Counted from the stretch's first letter, positions 49,019-58,829 are shown. The stretch: 64,000 bases of DNA from an uncultured Poribacteria bacterium (GCA_958296135.2 CATQHZ020000001.1:2912001-2976000), one strand, 5' to 3'. Numbers and translations: made by a program. The notes: generated by a model not told the origin, from the sequence alone.

Positions 49019-49333
49019 TGTTTTCTCCTAGGGCTTACGCGGAAAGCCTTCGGTAGGTGCGCGTTCCACGTGCGCGCCAACGTCTGCGCCTACCGGCGGG
49101 AAACTTAAATTGCGTAAGTCCTGCTCCAAGGGCTATTTTTTCCGTTCGTATTGATGCAATCGCGGCTCTTATTGCATTAGACGTTCAATGCAACAAAAGG
49201 TTCGTTTTTTCTTGAAAAACGTGAAACATATCTGATATTATTAAGATATCTGTGGTGCGTGCGTATTATCCGCGGCAAACGGCCGCGTTCGCGCGCCGCT
49301 TCACAATACGGGGTGCCGGTCTCTGGAGAAAAT

Positions 49334-50017
49334 ATGAATCTACAAAAATTGCAAGACATTCTCTTAGACCGGTTGGACCGGGGCGAGAAACATACCGATG
49401 CACGGTTTGACCGGAATGAAAAGCACACTGCCGAACGCTTCGAGCAGAGTGAAAAGCATATAGCGGAGTTACTCGCGCAGGTTCTCGCGCGATTCGCGGA
49501 TAGCGAGCAGCACACTGCAGCACTTTTCAAGCAGAGTGAAGAGCATACCGCAGCACTCTTCAAGCAGGTGCTCGCGCGATTCGCGGATAGCGAGCAGCAC
49601 ACTGCAGCACTTTTCAAGCAGAGTGAAGAACACGCCGCAATGCTCTTCAAGCAGAGCGAAGAACACGCCGCAGCACTCTTCAAGCAGGTTCTCGCGCGAT
49701 TCGCGGATAGCGAGAAGCACACCGCAGCACTTTTCAAGCAGAGCGAAGAGCATACCGCAGCACTCTTCAAGCAGGTGCTCGCGCGATTCGCGGATAGCGA
49801 GAAGCACACCGCCGAACGCTTTGACCAGGGCGACGCTCACTTCGATCGCCAAGACGAGCAAATCGCGCTTCTCGTTAAAATTGTCATGGAGCTTCGCGAG
49901 GAACGAGCGGAACGCCAAGGCGAACGCGCCTTTTCCAAGCGGTTCTGGAAACACGCTGCGTGGATTGTTCCTACCCTTATCGCATTCGCTGCGTTCCTCA
50001 AGTCCTACTTTGGTTAG
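49334..50017 (+). CDS. Coiled-coil tandem-repeat protein with C-terminal TM anchor
   Basis: GGAG SD; 11-aa SE(E/Q/K)H(T/A)AALFKQ and 7-aa VLARFAD modules, near-identical at DNA level. Confidence 0.8.
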   Translation: MNLQKLQDILLDRLDRGEKHTDARFDRNEKHTAERFEQSEKHIAELLAQVLARFADSEQHTAALFKQSEEHTAALFKQVLARFADSEQHTAALFKQSEEHAAMLFKQSEEHAAALFKQVLARFADSEKHTAALFKQSEEHTAALFKQVLARFADSEKHTAERFDQGDAHFDRQDEQIALLVKIVMELREERAERQGERAFSKRFWKHAAWIVPTLIAFAAFLKSYFG

Positions 50018-50030
50018 GCGGTGAAGCGGT

Positions 50031-50111
50031 ATCGGGACCGGGAGGTTCCTCCTACTGCATCGGGACCGGGAGGTTCCTCCTACTGCATCGGGACCGGGAG
50101 GTCCCTCCTAC
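50031..50111. repeat. REP-like family D tandem (28-bp ATCGGGACCGGGAGGTTCCTCCTACTGC, ~3 copies)
   Basis: Units start at 50031, 50059, 50087; related copies near 27115-27138, 62767-62793 and 63854-63870. Confidence 0.85.
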
Positions 50112-50164
50112 CCCGGTTTGAAACCGCGCCTACCGGGCGGCCCACTATTAGATGCGCTCAAATC

Positions 50165-52630
50165 CTATTTGAGCTTGTTTTCTTCGCCCGGTGTCATTTT
50201 TATCTGCCTGAGGGTGCCGGTGCCGTTAGGCCATCTGCCGAGGGCGGCATCCTTCTCTTGTTTGTCAAAGGCTACTTTGTCAAGCACCTGATTCCCCCGC
50301 GCATCGGTATCCACTAGCACGATGGTTTCCCCGCTTCTCGATAGTTTGAAGTTGGCGTGGAGTCCTTCGGGTGCCTTGCCATCTTCATCTAACCACACAA
50401 TGAGATACCCGCGCGCCGGAATAGCCGTGTTTTCGGGAAATTCCCACTTCGTGAGATTGTCCGTTTTGTCTGTCAGATACATCCCGGCTAGGTTCACCGT
50501 GTTATCGGTGACGTTGTGCAGTTCGAGCCAGTCTTCGTGCTGGCCCTGCGGGTCGGCGATGCTGTTCGTGTTGGCGGCCATCAACTCGTTAATGACGATG
50601 GTGCTCTTTTTCGCAACGGTAGTCCCGACGCGGTAATGTGCTGCGCCGCGTTCAGCGCGCGCGGGCCAAAAAGTCGTCGTGCCGTGGGTTGCTACCGCGT
50701 TCGCCTCAACGTAATAGTAGACTGTGGTGCTTGCCGGAAAAGCAGGGATTTCGCCGCGGGCTTCATCAGAGTCGGATGCGCCGCCCACAGGTTCCATTGC
50801 GACGTGATTGAAAACGCCGTGCCGGTTTGTGCCATAATACAACAAGACTGAATCTATTGCAACGGATTTATCCAGTTCCGCCTTAATTTCTACCGGCTGA
50901 TTCGCGATGGGTTCAGAAAGCGGTTTGGAGACGGCGATAATCTTCGGGACCGGTTTTTTCAATTCGGGATGATTGAGCAGATAGTTGCGTCTTTGTGTGA
51001 CGAAAGTTTTGATGCTTGGGGTGCCTCTGCCTGCAAAACCGTTTTCCTCGCCGCTGCTGAGCGCGTTCTCGAAGTCTTGATAGGCGTAGAGTTTCTTATC
51101 ATCTTCCCGTACTGCAGCGTCAATAAGTTCGTGATACTCGGTGACGACAGGTTGAATTACCTCCCAATCAAGCCATTCCTCAATAACGGTGCGGACGTGC
51201 GCGATATATCGGGCGCGCCAGTGCGGATGTGAAAGCAGTCGGTTGATGACGGGCCGTGCCGGATTGTTTTGATGCGTGACAGGCGATACCATGCCGCCGT
51301 CTATATCGCCCCATGTCCAGCCGCCTCCGGGTCCGCCCCGTCCGCCGCCTCTCGCGAATCGGAAGCTCTCATTGTTATCGTGCGATATCAGGTGGAATCT
51401 GCCGGTGATATCCTGATAAATGGCGTAATCGCCGCCTTTGTGGATGTAGCTGTCGTCATCCATGAAGACGTTTGCAATAGCAAGCTGCCACAGTGCACCG
51501 TCAATGTTGAAGACTAGGGCGAATCTTTCATCCAACACTGTATCCGGTGTTCCGCTGTCAAGGATTTGACAGAGCGCGATGAGGGATTTCCAAGAATCGT
51601 CGGCGTTCTTGGTTTTGAGTTGGTAATTCTCTTGGTAGGCTTGCAGGTTATCGCCTGAATAGACGAGCGCGCCACCGCCGGGGCCGACCTTCCATCGCAC
51701 GCCGGCTTTCGTGTCAAACCACTCGGCTAGAAAATCCTTGTTATACTGCTGTAGGTTGATGTAGATGCCCCAGTTTTCGCCGTTGATTACCAATTTGACA
51801 AAGTTGGATTTCATGGCGGGGATGTAATCGCGCGCGATGCGATTGTAAAGCACCTCGCGGAGAAAAGAGGCATCGACATGCCCGTTGAGCAGGTTAAGCG
51901 TTTTGTAGCCGTCGAGCCGCTGTCCATCAGTGCCGTAGTCAACGGCGATGTTGAACGACTTTTTCTCCGACTCCACCGTGAAGTAGGAGGACGAGCCGCG
52001 GAAGTGGACACCGACGTTCGGGTACACCTTCCCATCGACAACGAGTTCGGCGGGTACCTCCACGTCGGTGCGATAGAAGGCGTTCATCTGTTCGTACCAA
52101 TCTTCGTCGTGGAAGCGGAGATAGAAGGTGCGCAGTGTATCGCTATTATAGAGTGATGGTGAACCTTCAGGTTTTGCGTCGCGACTTGCGGCTACGTCGC
52201 TCTGGATATCGCCGCTCGGGGTGGCGGGGTTCAGCCGCTTGAGCTCGCCATCGAGGCGTGTGCTGAGTGCGGCTGTTCGTTCGCTACCGGTGAGTTTTCC
52301 ATCGCCATTGGTATCAAACTGCTCAACGATTTTTACTGCGGGCCCGGGCCCGCGCCGCCGGCCGCCAAATCTCGGCATTCCGCCGCGTCTGTCGCCATCT
52401 CTTTCCGCATTGAGGGTGCGATTGACATCCTCAATATCTTGGCGTGTGAATTTGTCGCCGGTGAACGCTTCGAGTCCAGTGACACGCAGCATGAGTTCAT
52501 CTTCTTCGGGGCTCAGTGTGCCGTTTCCATCCAGGTCGAACCGTTTCTGTTCGTCTGAAAGTTTGGCGTTGACGTTCATTGCGGCGGCGAGGCTAAGCAC
52601 GATGAGTGCCATTAAAGTGATGCGTTTCAT
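50165..52630 (-). CDS. CotH kinase-family protein with EF-hand-like motifs and C-terminal lamin-tail domain
   Basis: Signal peptide; DLDGNGTL and DTNGDGKL; VGVHFRGSSS, KKSFNI, LREVL, HDNNESF; C-terminal VINELMA..DWLELHN..TPGEEN. Confidence 0.88.
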   Translation of the reverse strand: MKRITLMALIVLSLAAAMNVNAKLSDEQKRFDLDGNGTLSPEEDELMLRVTGLEAFTGDKFTRQDIEDVNRTLNAERDGDRRGGMPRFGGRRRGPGPAVKIVEQFDTNGDGKLTGSERTAALSTRLDGELKRLNPATPSGDIQSDVAASRDAKPEGSPSLYNSDTLRTFYLRFHDEDWYEQMNAFYRTDVEVPAELVVDGKVYPNVGVHFRGSSSYFTVESEKKSFNIAVDYGTDGQRLDGYKTLNLLNGHVDASFLREVLYNRIARDYIPAMKSNFVKLVINGENWGIYINLQQYNKDFLAEWFDTKAGVRWKVGPGGGALVYSGDNLQAYQENYQLKTKNADDSWKSLIALCQILDSGTPDTVLDERFALVFNIDGALWQLAIANVFMDDDSYIHKGGDYAIYQDITGRFHLISHDNNESFRFARGGGRGGPGGGWTWGDIDGGMVSPVTHQNNPARPVINRLLSHPHWRARYIAHVRTVIEEWLDWEVIQPVVTEYHELIDAAVREDDKKLYAYQDFENALSSGEENGFAGRGTPSIKTFVTQRRNYLLNHPELKKPVPKIIAVSKPLSEPIANQPVEIKAELDKSVAIDSVLLYYGTNRHGVFNHVAMEPVGGASDSDEARGEIPAFPASTTVYYYVEANAVATHGTTTFWPARAERGAAHYRVGTTVAKKSTIVINELMAANTNSIADPQGQHEDWLELHNVTDNTVNLAGMYLTDKTDNLTKWEFPENTAIPARGYLIVWLDEDGKAPEGLHANFKLSRSGETIVLVDTDARGNQVLDKVAFDKQEKDAALGRWPNGTGTLRQIKMTPGEENKLK

Positions 52631-52729
52631 TAAATGAATTCTCCCTCCCGCGGACTGTAAAGACAGGTACCTATATCCGTCCATTTTCTGCGGGTGTAGT
52701 GGGCGGCAACCCTAGATATCCGCCCTTCG

Positions 52730-53389
52730 TTATTCCTTGTCTAATTTTATGTCGGTGACATTTTCGATTTCTGACAGTGCGTTAAAAAAGGTGAGCCATT
52801 CGTCAGGTTTTGCCAATTTCACGCGGAATGTCAGTTCAACTTGCCCAGCTCTCTTAATCCGTTTTTCAAGGAGGCGTTCGTAAACGAGATGCTTCTGAAA
52901 AACGGTGCGGTAAACGGTTTCGGCTCCCGGGTCAGGTGGCAGGCAAAATTCGAGGCTAAATTCGTTATCGTCGCCGAGCCGCTGGTGCCAGTGGTGCATC
53001 CCGAGGATGATGATGCCGATGAGGAAGGTAGCCAAGATTGCAACAGATGGGTTTCCTGCTCCGACTGCCATGCCTACGGCGAGTGCATAAAACACGAAGG
53101 CGATATCACGCGGGTCTTGCACCGCGGTCCGAAATCGGATGATAGACAGTGCGCCGACGAGGCTAAACGCCCGTGCGATGCTGTCTCCGATGATTACCAT
53201 TACGACAGAGATGAGCATGCAGAGGATGATAAGCGTGTCGGTAAACGATTTTTGCGGGACTTTGGTGTGCGTCCATTGGTAAATCTTAACAACAAAGGTG
53301 CCGAGCGCGAATGCGAGGAGCAGTCTGAGTGCATCTGCGCCGAGCGCTATGAGCGGCGGCAGTGTTAAAAATTCGGTTAAGATGTGCAT
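52730..53389 (-). CDS. DUF4956-family membrane protein
   Basis: SIARAFSLVGALSIIRFRTAVQDPRD signature; start could instead be 53419 (TTG). Confidence 0.88.
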   Translation of the reverse strand: MHILTEFLTLPPLIALGADALRLLLAFALGTFVVKIYQWTHTKVPQKSFTDTLIILCMLISVVMVIIGDSIARAFSLVGALSIIRFRTAVQDPRDIAFVFYALAVGMAVGAGNPSVAILATFLIGIIILGMHHWHQRLGDDNEFSLEFCLPPDPGAETVYRTVFQKHLVYERLLEKRIKRAGQVELTFRVKLAKPDEWLTFFNALSEIENVTDIKLDKE

Positions 53390-53597
53390 GCCGTTTTGCC
53401 AATCAAGAGTCTGTGCCAATTATATCATGATTAGACAAATTTGTGTAGAAAATGTTTGAAAATTATGATAGGATGGGCGCAAGTTCCTAAGATGCTTTTT
53501 CGGTAGGCGCGCTTTGATGCGGATAAAGAAAAGAGCTGGGTAATTTTTCGCGCGGGCTGCGGGCGGATATGGACATCCGCCGTTACAGGCGGTATTC

Positions 53598-55172
53598 TTA
53601 TCCCTGCTTACGAAGGACTACGCCCACAAACGCCGCCGAAATCAACAGCATTACGAGGGCGTAAGGTGCTCCCTCGGCAAACATCGCTTCTGTTGTGTAG
53701 CTCCATACATTCAGTGCCAGCGTCTCATAGCCAGCTGGCGATAGGAGCAATGTGAGCGGCAATTCCTTCATTGTTGCGAGGAAAACGAGGGCGGTGGCGG
53801 TTAGCATGCCGCGGATGAGGAGCGGGAAGAGGGTTCGGAAGAACGCCTGTATTGATGAATATCCGAGTGAGCGTGCTGCTTCTTCTAAGTGCGGCGAAGC
53901 CTGATAAATCGAACTTCGCACCGGTCCAACCGCCTCTGCCAAGAAGTGTAAGGTGCATGCGTAGATAAGTACCGGCAACGTCTTATAGATAAACGGCATG
54001 CTGTTGAGGACGAAAAAGATGAGCGAGAGCGCGAACGCGAGCGGCGGGAGTGCGTAGACGATGTAGGCGATGCGTCCTAGCGTGTCTGATAGGCGCGATG
54101 GGTGCCGCACGTTCAGATAAGCGAACGGCACGGCTATCACTGCACAGAGTGCTCCTGTCGGAAGTGCGATGGACAGCGAACCGATGAGGCCTTTTATCAG
54201 CCCGGGGGTTATCTGTCCATCTCCTTGTCCCATCCAGAAGAGAATGCTTCCTATAGGGATGGCGACGGTGACGAACCCCAGTAAGCTGAGAAAAAAATAG
54301 GCGGCGGTGCGCCCCGGTCCGCCGAGCGATACAAGCGATAGGTGTCGTGCGGTGCCGCGTCCCGCGCGGTGGAGCCTCATCCGTTTGAGGAGTCGTGCTT
54401 CAAGAGCGAGGAGGCTGGCAGTAAAGGCGAGGAGCATCAGTGCGAGCCATGCTGCGGAAATGTGCTCAAATGAGAGCATGTATTCGGTGTAAAGTGCGTA
54501 ACTGAAGGTTTCGTAGCGCATCAGGGACACGACACCGAAGTCGCCAAGCACGTGTAGACTGATGAGCAGCCCGCTTGCGTAGAAGGCGGGCCGCAGCTGC
54601 GGGAGGATGACGTAGAAGAAAACTTCGCGATACCGATGGCCGAGGCTTCGCGCGGCTTCCTCTAAGCTCGGGTCGAGTCCCAACAGCGCGCTGCGCAGAT
54701 TGAGGAAGAGATAGGGGCTCGTGTAAGCACTGAGCGCGATGAGCGCGCCCCAGTAGCCGCTGAGTCGCGGGAAGCGCGCGCTTAGCGGAAAAAGTTGGGC
54801 GACAATACCGTTGTTGCCGCCAAGCGCGAGCAGCGCATAAGCCATCACGTAGCCGGGGATGGCCAGCGGCAAGACGCACAGCACCGTCCAAAAGCGTCTG
54901 GCGCGGAGATTCGTCCGGCTCGTCAACCAGGCTGCGGGCATTGCTAGCAAGATGTCAAGCGTCAGCACGCCGATGGCTAGCAGCAGCGTATTGAGGAAGA
55001 GCTCCCCGTTTCGCCAGCGGAAGACGATGTCTGAAAGGACGGTGGCTTCTGCGGAGAAGGCTTTGGCAAACAGATAGCCGAGCGGCATGAGCCCGCCACT
55101 CCCCACGGCGATTGCAATGGCGAAAAAATAGCGGTGGATTCCGACAGGCCCACCCAGTTTTAGCGATTTGAT
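53598..55172 (-). CDS. Fe3+ ABC transporter permease (FbpB/FutB type); start uncertain
   Basis: Two LEEAARSLG EAA loops; PLAIPGYV; frame is open upstream of the GTG at 55106 as far as ATC at 55172. Confidence 0.9.
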   Translation of the reverse strand: MKSLKLGGPVGIHRYFFAIAIAVGSGGLMPLGYLFAKAFSAEATVLSDIVFRWRNGELFLNTLLLAIGVLTLDILLAMPAAWLTSRTNLRARRFWTVLCVLPLAIPGYVMAYALLALGGNNGIVAQLFPLSARFPRLSGYWGALIALSAYTSPYLFLNLRSALLGLDPSLEEAARSLGHRYREVFFYVILPQLRPAFYASGLLISLHVLGDFGVVSLMRYETFSYALYTEYMLSFEHISAAWLALMLLAFTASLLALEARLLKRMRLHRAGRGTARHLSLVSLGGPGRTAAYFFLSLLGFVTVAIPIGSILFWMGQGDGQITPGLIKGLIGSLSIALPTGALCAVIAVPFAYLNVRHPSRLSDTLGRIAYIVYALPPLAFALSLIFFVLNSMPFIYKTLPVLIYACTLHFLAEAVGPVRSSIYQASPHLEEAARSLGYSSIQAFFRTLFPLLIRGMLTATALVFLATMKELPLTLLLSPAGYETLALNVWSYTTEAMFAEGAPYALVMLLISAAFVGVVLRKQG

Positions 55173-55230
55173 GTCCTACCTACCTTATTTTCACCGGCGC
55201 GCGGCAGCTTGTCCCCGTGTGGTTTTCTCG

Positions 55231-56238
55231 CTATAAAATGCCGACCTTCCGCAATAACGCGAGGGTTCCCTCGAGGTCATCCATCTCATTCAGATCGAAC
55301 GTTGGCACAAGTTTGAGCAGTGCCGGCAAGGGTATTAAGTTTGCATTCGGAATTACGCCGTCAATCACCGGATATTCAAAGACTTCGCTGACGAAGAACT
55401 GCTGCGCCTTCGCCGAGAGCAAGAACTCCACGAATGTCAGCGCGGTCTTCTGATGCTTGCTACTTTTCAGTATCCCGATGCCTGCGACGTTGACGAGGTT
55501 GCCCGGGTCGTTCGCCTTAAAGAAGGTTTGCGCGACAGGGAAATTGGCGTTGCTCTTTTTGAAACGGAGCAAGTAATAGTGGTTCGGTAGCCCGATGTCT
55601 ATTTCCCCTGCGGCGAGTGCTTCAATGATAGGGGTATTTTTCGCGTAAGTCTTCGCGCCGTTTTCCTTCATCCCGCGGAGCCATTCTTCTGCGCGCGTCT
55701 CGCCGGCTTGCATCCGCATTGCGGTGACAAACGCTTGGAAGGAGGCGTTGCGCGGTGCCCAGCCGATTCTGTTCTTCCACATCGGCTGCGTTAGTTCAAA
55801 CACACTTTTGGGAAGTTGCTCGGTAGTGATGCGTTCTGGGCTATAGGCGAGGACGCGCGCCCTGCCGCTCGTCGCGACCCAGGAGCCGTCGGCGTGGCGG
55901 AAATTCGCTGGAACTTTTTCCTGAATAGCCTCGGGTAGTTTGGCAAACAGTCCCTTTTTGCTGACGGCACCGAGTGCGCCGGCATCTTGTGCCCAAAACA
56001 GCGCGGCGGGGCTTTTCTCTCCCTCAGTCATGAGGGCGGCGGCGAGTTGGGTGGTATTGCCGTAGCTGACTTTCACGGTAATGCCGGTTTCCTTCTCAAA
56101 CTGCTGGATGAGCGGTTGGACGAGGCTTTTGCTTCTGCCGGAATAGAGTGTCAGTTCCTCAGCTGCGTCTATGTTCCCGCTGATGGGAAATAAGAGCAGC
56201 GCGGTTAATAAAACGTAAGTCATTGCGTGTTTAAACAT
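55231..56238 (-). CDS. Fe3+ ABC transporter substrate-binding protein (FbpA/FutA type)
   Basis: LYSGR, EGEKSPA, SGRARV, NHYY (tandem Tyr iron ligands), FEYP. Confidence 0.92.
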   Translation of the reverse strand: MFKHAMTYVLLTALLLFPISGNIDAAEELTLYSGRSKSLVQPLIQQFEKETGITVKVSYGNTTQLAAALMTEGEKSPAALFWAQDAGALGAVSKKGLFAKLPEAIQEKVPANFRHADGSWVATSGRARVLAYSPERITTEQLPKSVFELTQPMWKNRIGWAPRNASFQAFVTAMRMQAGETRAEEWLRGMKENGAKTYAKNTPIIEALAAGEIDIGLPNHYYLLRFKKSNANFPVAQTFFKANDPGNLVNVAGIGILKSSKHQKTALTFVEFLLSAKAQQFFVSEVFEYPVIDGVIPNANLIPLPALLKLVPTFDLNEMDDLEGTLALLRKVGIL

Positions 56239-56433
56239 TATTATCTCCTTTTTTTATCGTACGGAAACAGTAGGCCGGTGCCGTAGGCGCGCTTTGCAAG
56301 CGCACCCTAGTTCCTGCGCGGTTGGAAACCGCGCCTACCGGTGTGAATGACAGTCTTGGCGTAAGTCCTGTATGGAAATCTGTCCTTCCCAACTTTGACA
56401 GGAATGCTGCCAATAAGTTTGGATAAAGTGATG

Positions 56434-57471
56434 TTAACGCTTTGGGACGACTTTCCAACGCGTCAACATTCCTGCGGTAATATGGTCAGCGACGTGACAG
56501 TGATAGAGCCAATTTCCCGGCGTTTTGGCAATCATATCGACGGTAATCATGGTGCCAGGGAGGAGTTCTACCACGTCGGTGCGTCTGCCGGCGTTCAGTA
56601 CGGTTTGGCCGTGCCAATGCGCCGTGTGCATGTCAACTTCGGTGCCTAAACCGATGAGGTGCCAGCGTACTCTGTCGCCTTGTTCGACTTCCAATCCCTG
56701 CAGGTTTCCGAAGATGAACCCGTTAATAGCGTGTTTAAGATTGCCTTCTTCCTCTTCTTCGGGGGATTCATATTCGGTGCGCTGTCCACTTTTGACAATC
56801 TCCCTGCCGTTTTCATTGAAAATCAGGAAGAGAGTGGTAAACGCCTTGTCAATGTCCGTTGGCCGCGAGTCTGCCTTGGAACGTTCCATGCCCTTTTTAG
56901 TTACCACGATAGTTCCGATTAGGCCATCGTAGACTTCAGTCACCGCGTCGACATGCGAGTGATAAAGCCAGACGATAGACGACGGATCGGCGGGTCCTGG
57001 CGCGGCATCGGTATTCGCTTCCCAATGGTAGGTGAAGGTGCCGCCCGGTGGTACGGAGGCCCCAGAGCCCTTCATATCTGCGCCTTCGTTTTCTTCGTCA
57101 TATTGCAATCCATGGACGTGGATGCTGAGCGGTTTGTCGGCGTTGTTGCGGAAATGCACTTTGACGCTATCGCCTTCCACGGCGCGCAGTTGCGGCCCGA
57201 GGATGCCCATCCACAGGGGCTGTTCGACCTGGGTGGTGTAGGTATCATCGGTGTACTGAATGTAGCGATATTTCTGATAGACGAGTGCCTTCCCCCAAAC
57301 GTCCAGTCCCATCGCCTGGCGGATGAGGTTTTGTCCGCTGGGAGCGTAGTTCCATTCCACTTTCTCTGCGGCGAGCCAGTATTCCCGCGTGGCGGCATCG
57401 ACATGCGCCGCACTGATGCAGAGCAACAGCGCGACCGTGGTTCTTAGTGTTATCATGATATTGAGTCTCAT
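56434..57471 (-). CDS. Two-domain multicopper oxidase (ceruloplasmin-like, type B)
   Basis: IHVHG, WLYHSH, HTAHWHG and WLYHCHVADHITAGM copper motifs; signal peptide. Confidence 0.9.
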   Translation of the reverse strand: MRLNIMITLRTTVALLLCISAAHVDAATREYWLAAEKVEWNYAPSGQNLIRQAMGLDVWGKALVYQKYRYIQYTDDTYTTQVEQPLWMGILGPQLRAVEGDSVKVHFRNNADKPLSIHVHGLQYDEENEGADMKGSGASVPPGGTFTYHWEANTDAAPGPADPSSIVWLYHSHVDAVTEVYDGLIGTIVVTKKGMERSKADSRPTDIDKAFTTLFLIFNENGREIVKSGQRTEYESPEEEEEGNLKHAINGFIFGNLQGLEVEQGDRVRWHLIGLGTEVDMHTAHWHGQTVLNAGRRTDVVELLPGTMITVDMIAKTPGNWLYHCHVADHITAGMLTRWKVVPKR

Positions 57472-57540
57472 TTTCAAAAATACACAAGGTTATGCAACGA
57501 GTTCTCGCCAAAAAACGAGTTTGGCATAAATTTGCTATCA

Positions 57541-57569
57541 ATTATACCACAAAAAACGCGGTTTGTCAA
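57541..57569 (-). promoter_or_regulatory. Consensus sigma-70 promoter for the multicopper oxidase gene
   Basis: Minus strand TTGACA-N17-TATAAT with an extended -10 TG. Confidence 0.78.
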
Positions 57570-57594
57570 AACAATTTTCTATTGCCTAAAAAGG

Positions 57595-57624
57595 TTGACA
57601 ACAAAGTGTGATTAAGTGTATAAT
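57595..57624 (+). promoter_or_regulatory. Divergent consensus sigma-70 promoter
   Basis: TTGACA-N18-TATAAT, 60 bp upstream of the ATG at 57685. Confidence 0.75.
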
Positions 57625-57684
57625 TAAAAACAAGTTGAGGAAGCATCATCAAATCTGGCTTTCCTCTTCAGGAAGGAGCAGACC

Positions 57685-58365
57685 ATGGAATTTAGTTTCG
57701 TGACTTTTAGTCTCATTGACATAGGATTGCTCAGCATTAGTGTGCTAGGCCTCTTAGTATTGCTGCGGAGGAACAAGGCCTTAAAGGCAGAAATTGAGGT
57801 GCTAGAGGCAGAAATTGAGGTGCTAAAGGCAGCAAACAAAGCGCAGACGGAGGAATTTGCGGCTTATCGACAAGAGGCAGATCTCCGGTATAACGCGCAG
57901 ACGGAGGAATTTGCGGCTTATCGACAAGAGGCAGATCTCCGATATAACGCGCAGACGGAGGAATTTGCGGCTTATCAACAGGACGCAGATCTCCGGTATA
58001 AAGAACTTCAAAGCACCTCGGATCGGCGATACAACACGTTCAAGCAGGAAGCCGCCGAACGTCAGAGTGCATCAGAGCGGCAATACGACGCGTTCAAGAA
58101 GGAAGCCGCCGAACGTCAGAGTGCATCAGAGCAGCAATACGACACGCTCAAGAAGGAAGCCGCCGAACGTCAGAGTGCCTCGGATCGGCGATACAACACA
58201 CTCAAGGAAGAAAACGCGGGCCTCCAGAAAGAAGTCGGCGAACAACGACGGGAAATCGTTACCCAAGCCGGCATCCTTGAGGAGCTCAAAATCGGGTTCC
58301 ATCAGTTGCGCGGGCGATACGACGAGATCAAAGAACTTTTGATGAAACTCCTTGACAAAATCTAA
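57685..58365 (+). CDS. Membrane-anchored coiled-coil tandem-repeat protein
   Basis: AAGGAG SD; N-terminal TM; two 54-bp (18-aa) repeat blocks, AQTEEFAAYRQEADLRYN x3 and EAAERQSAS(E/D)..Y x3. Confidence 0.8.
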   Translation: MEFSFVTFSLIDIGLLSISVLGLLVLLRRNKALKAEIEVLEAEIEVLKAANKAQTEEFAAYRQEADLRYNAQTEEFAAYRQEADLRYNAQTEEFAAYQQDADLRYKELQSTSDRRYNTFKQEAAERQSASERQYDAFKKEAAERQSASEQQYDTLKKEAAERQSASDRRYNTLKEENAGLQKEVGEQRREIVTQAGILEELKIGFHQLRGRYDEIKELLMKLLDKI

Positions 58366-58385
58366 GCATCGGGAATACGAAGTTT

Positions 58386-58829
58386 ATGAACATTCTTGTT
58401 ATCCACGGCCCCAATCTGCATCTTTTAGGCAAACGTCAGCCAGAGATTTACGGGCATCAAACGCTGGAAGACATCAACGCCGCGTTGGACCGGCAGGCCG
58501 CCGCTTCGCCTCACGACGTGATGCTGAAAATCTTCCAGTCAAACCACGAAGGCGAAATCGTCTCCGTTATCGGGGGACATATCAATTGGGCAGATGGTGT
58601 TCTGATTAATCCGGCGGCGTATACGCATACCAGCATCGCTATCCGCGATGCGATATCTACCGTGGCGTTGCCCGTCATCGAAATCCACCTCTCTAATATC
58701 TATGCGCGCGAAGCATTCCGGCACCACTCTTACATCTCTGCTGTTGCGCTCGGCGTGATAGGCGGTTTCGGCGCGCAGAGTTACACGCTCGCGCTTGAGG
58801 CGATGATCCAACACTTGCAAGCAGGATAA
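58386..58829 (+). CDS. aroQ: Type II 3-dehydroquinate dehydratase
   Basis: HGPNL..LGKRQPEIYG, QSNHEG, NPAAYTHTS, EIHLSN..RE.FRH.S. Confidence 0.96.
   Translation: MNILVIHGPNLHLLGKRQPEIYGHQTLEDINAALDRQAAASPHDVMLKIFQSNHEGEIVSVIGGHINWADGVLINPAAYTHTSIAIRDAISTVALPVIEIHLSNIYAREAFRHHSYISAVALGVIGGFGAQSYTLALEAMIQHLQAG

Noticed and set aside
57521-57536. Sigma-54-like TTGGCATAAATTTGCT
   Set aside because: GG-GC spacing is 9 nt rather than the required 10, and consensus sigma-70 promoters explain the region
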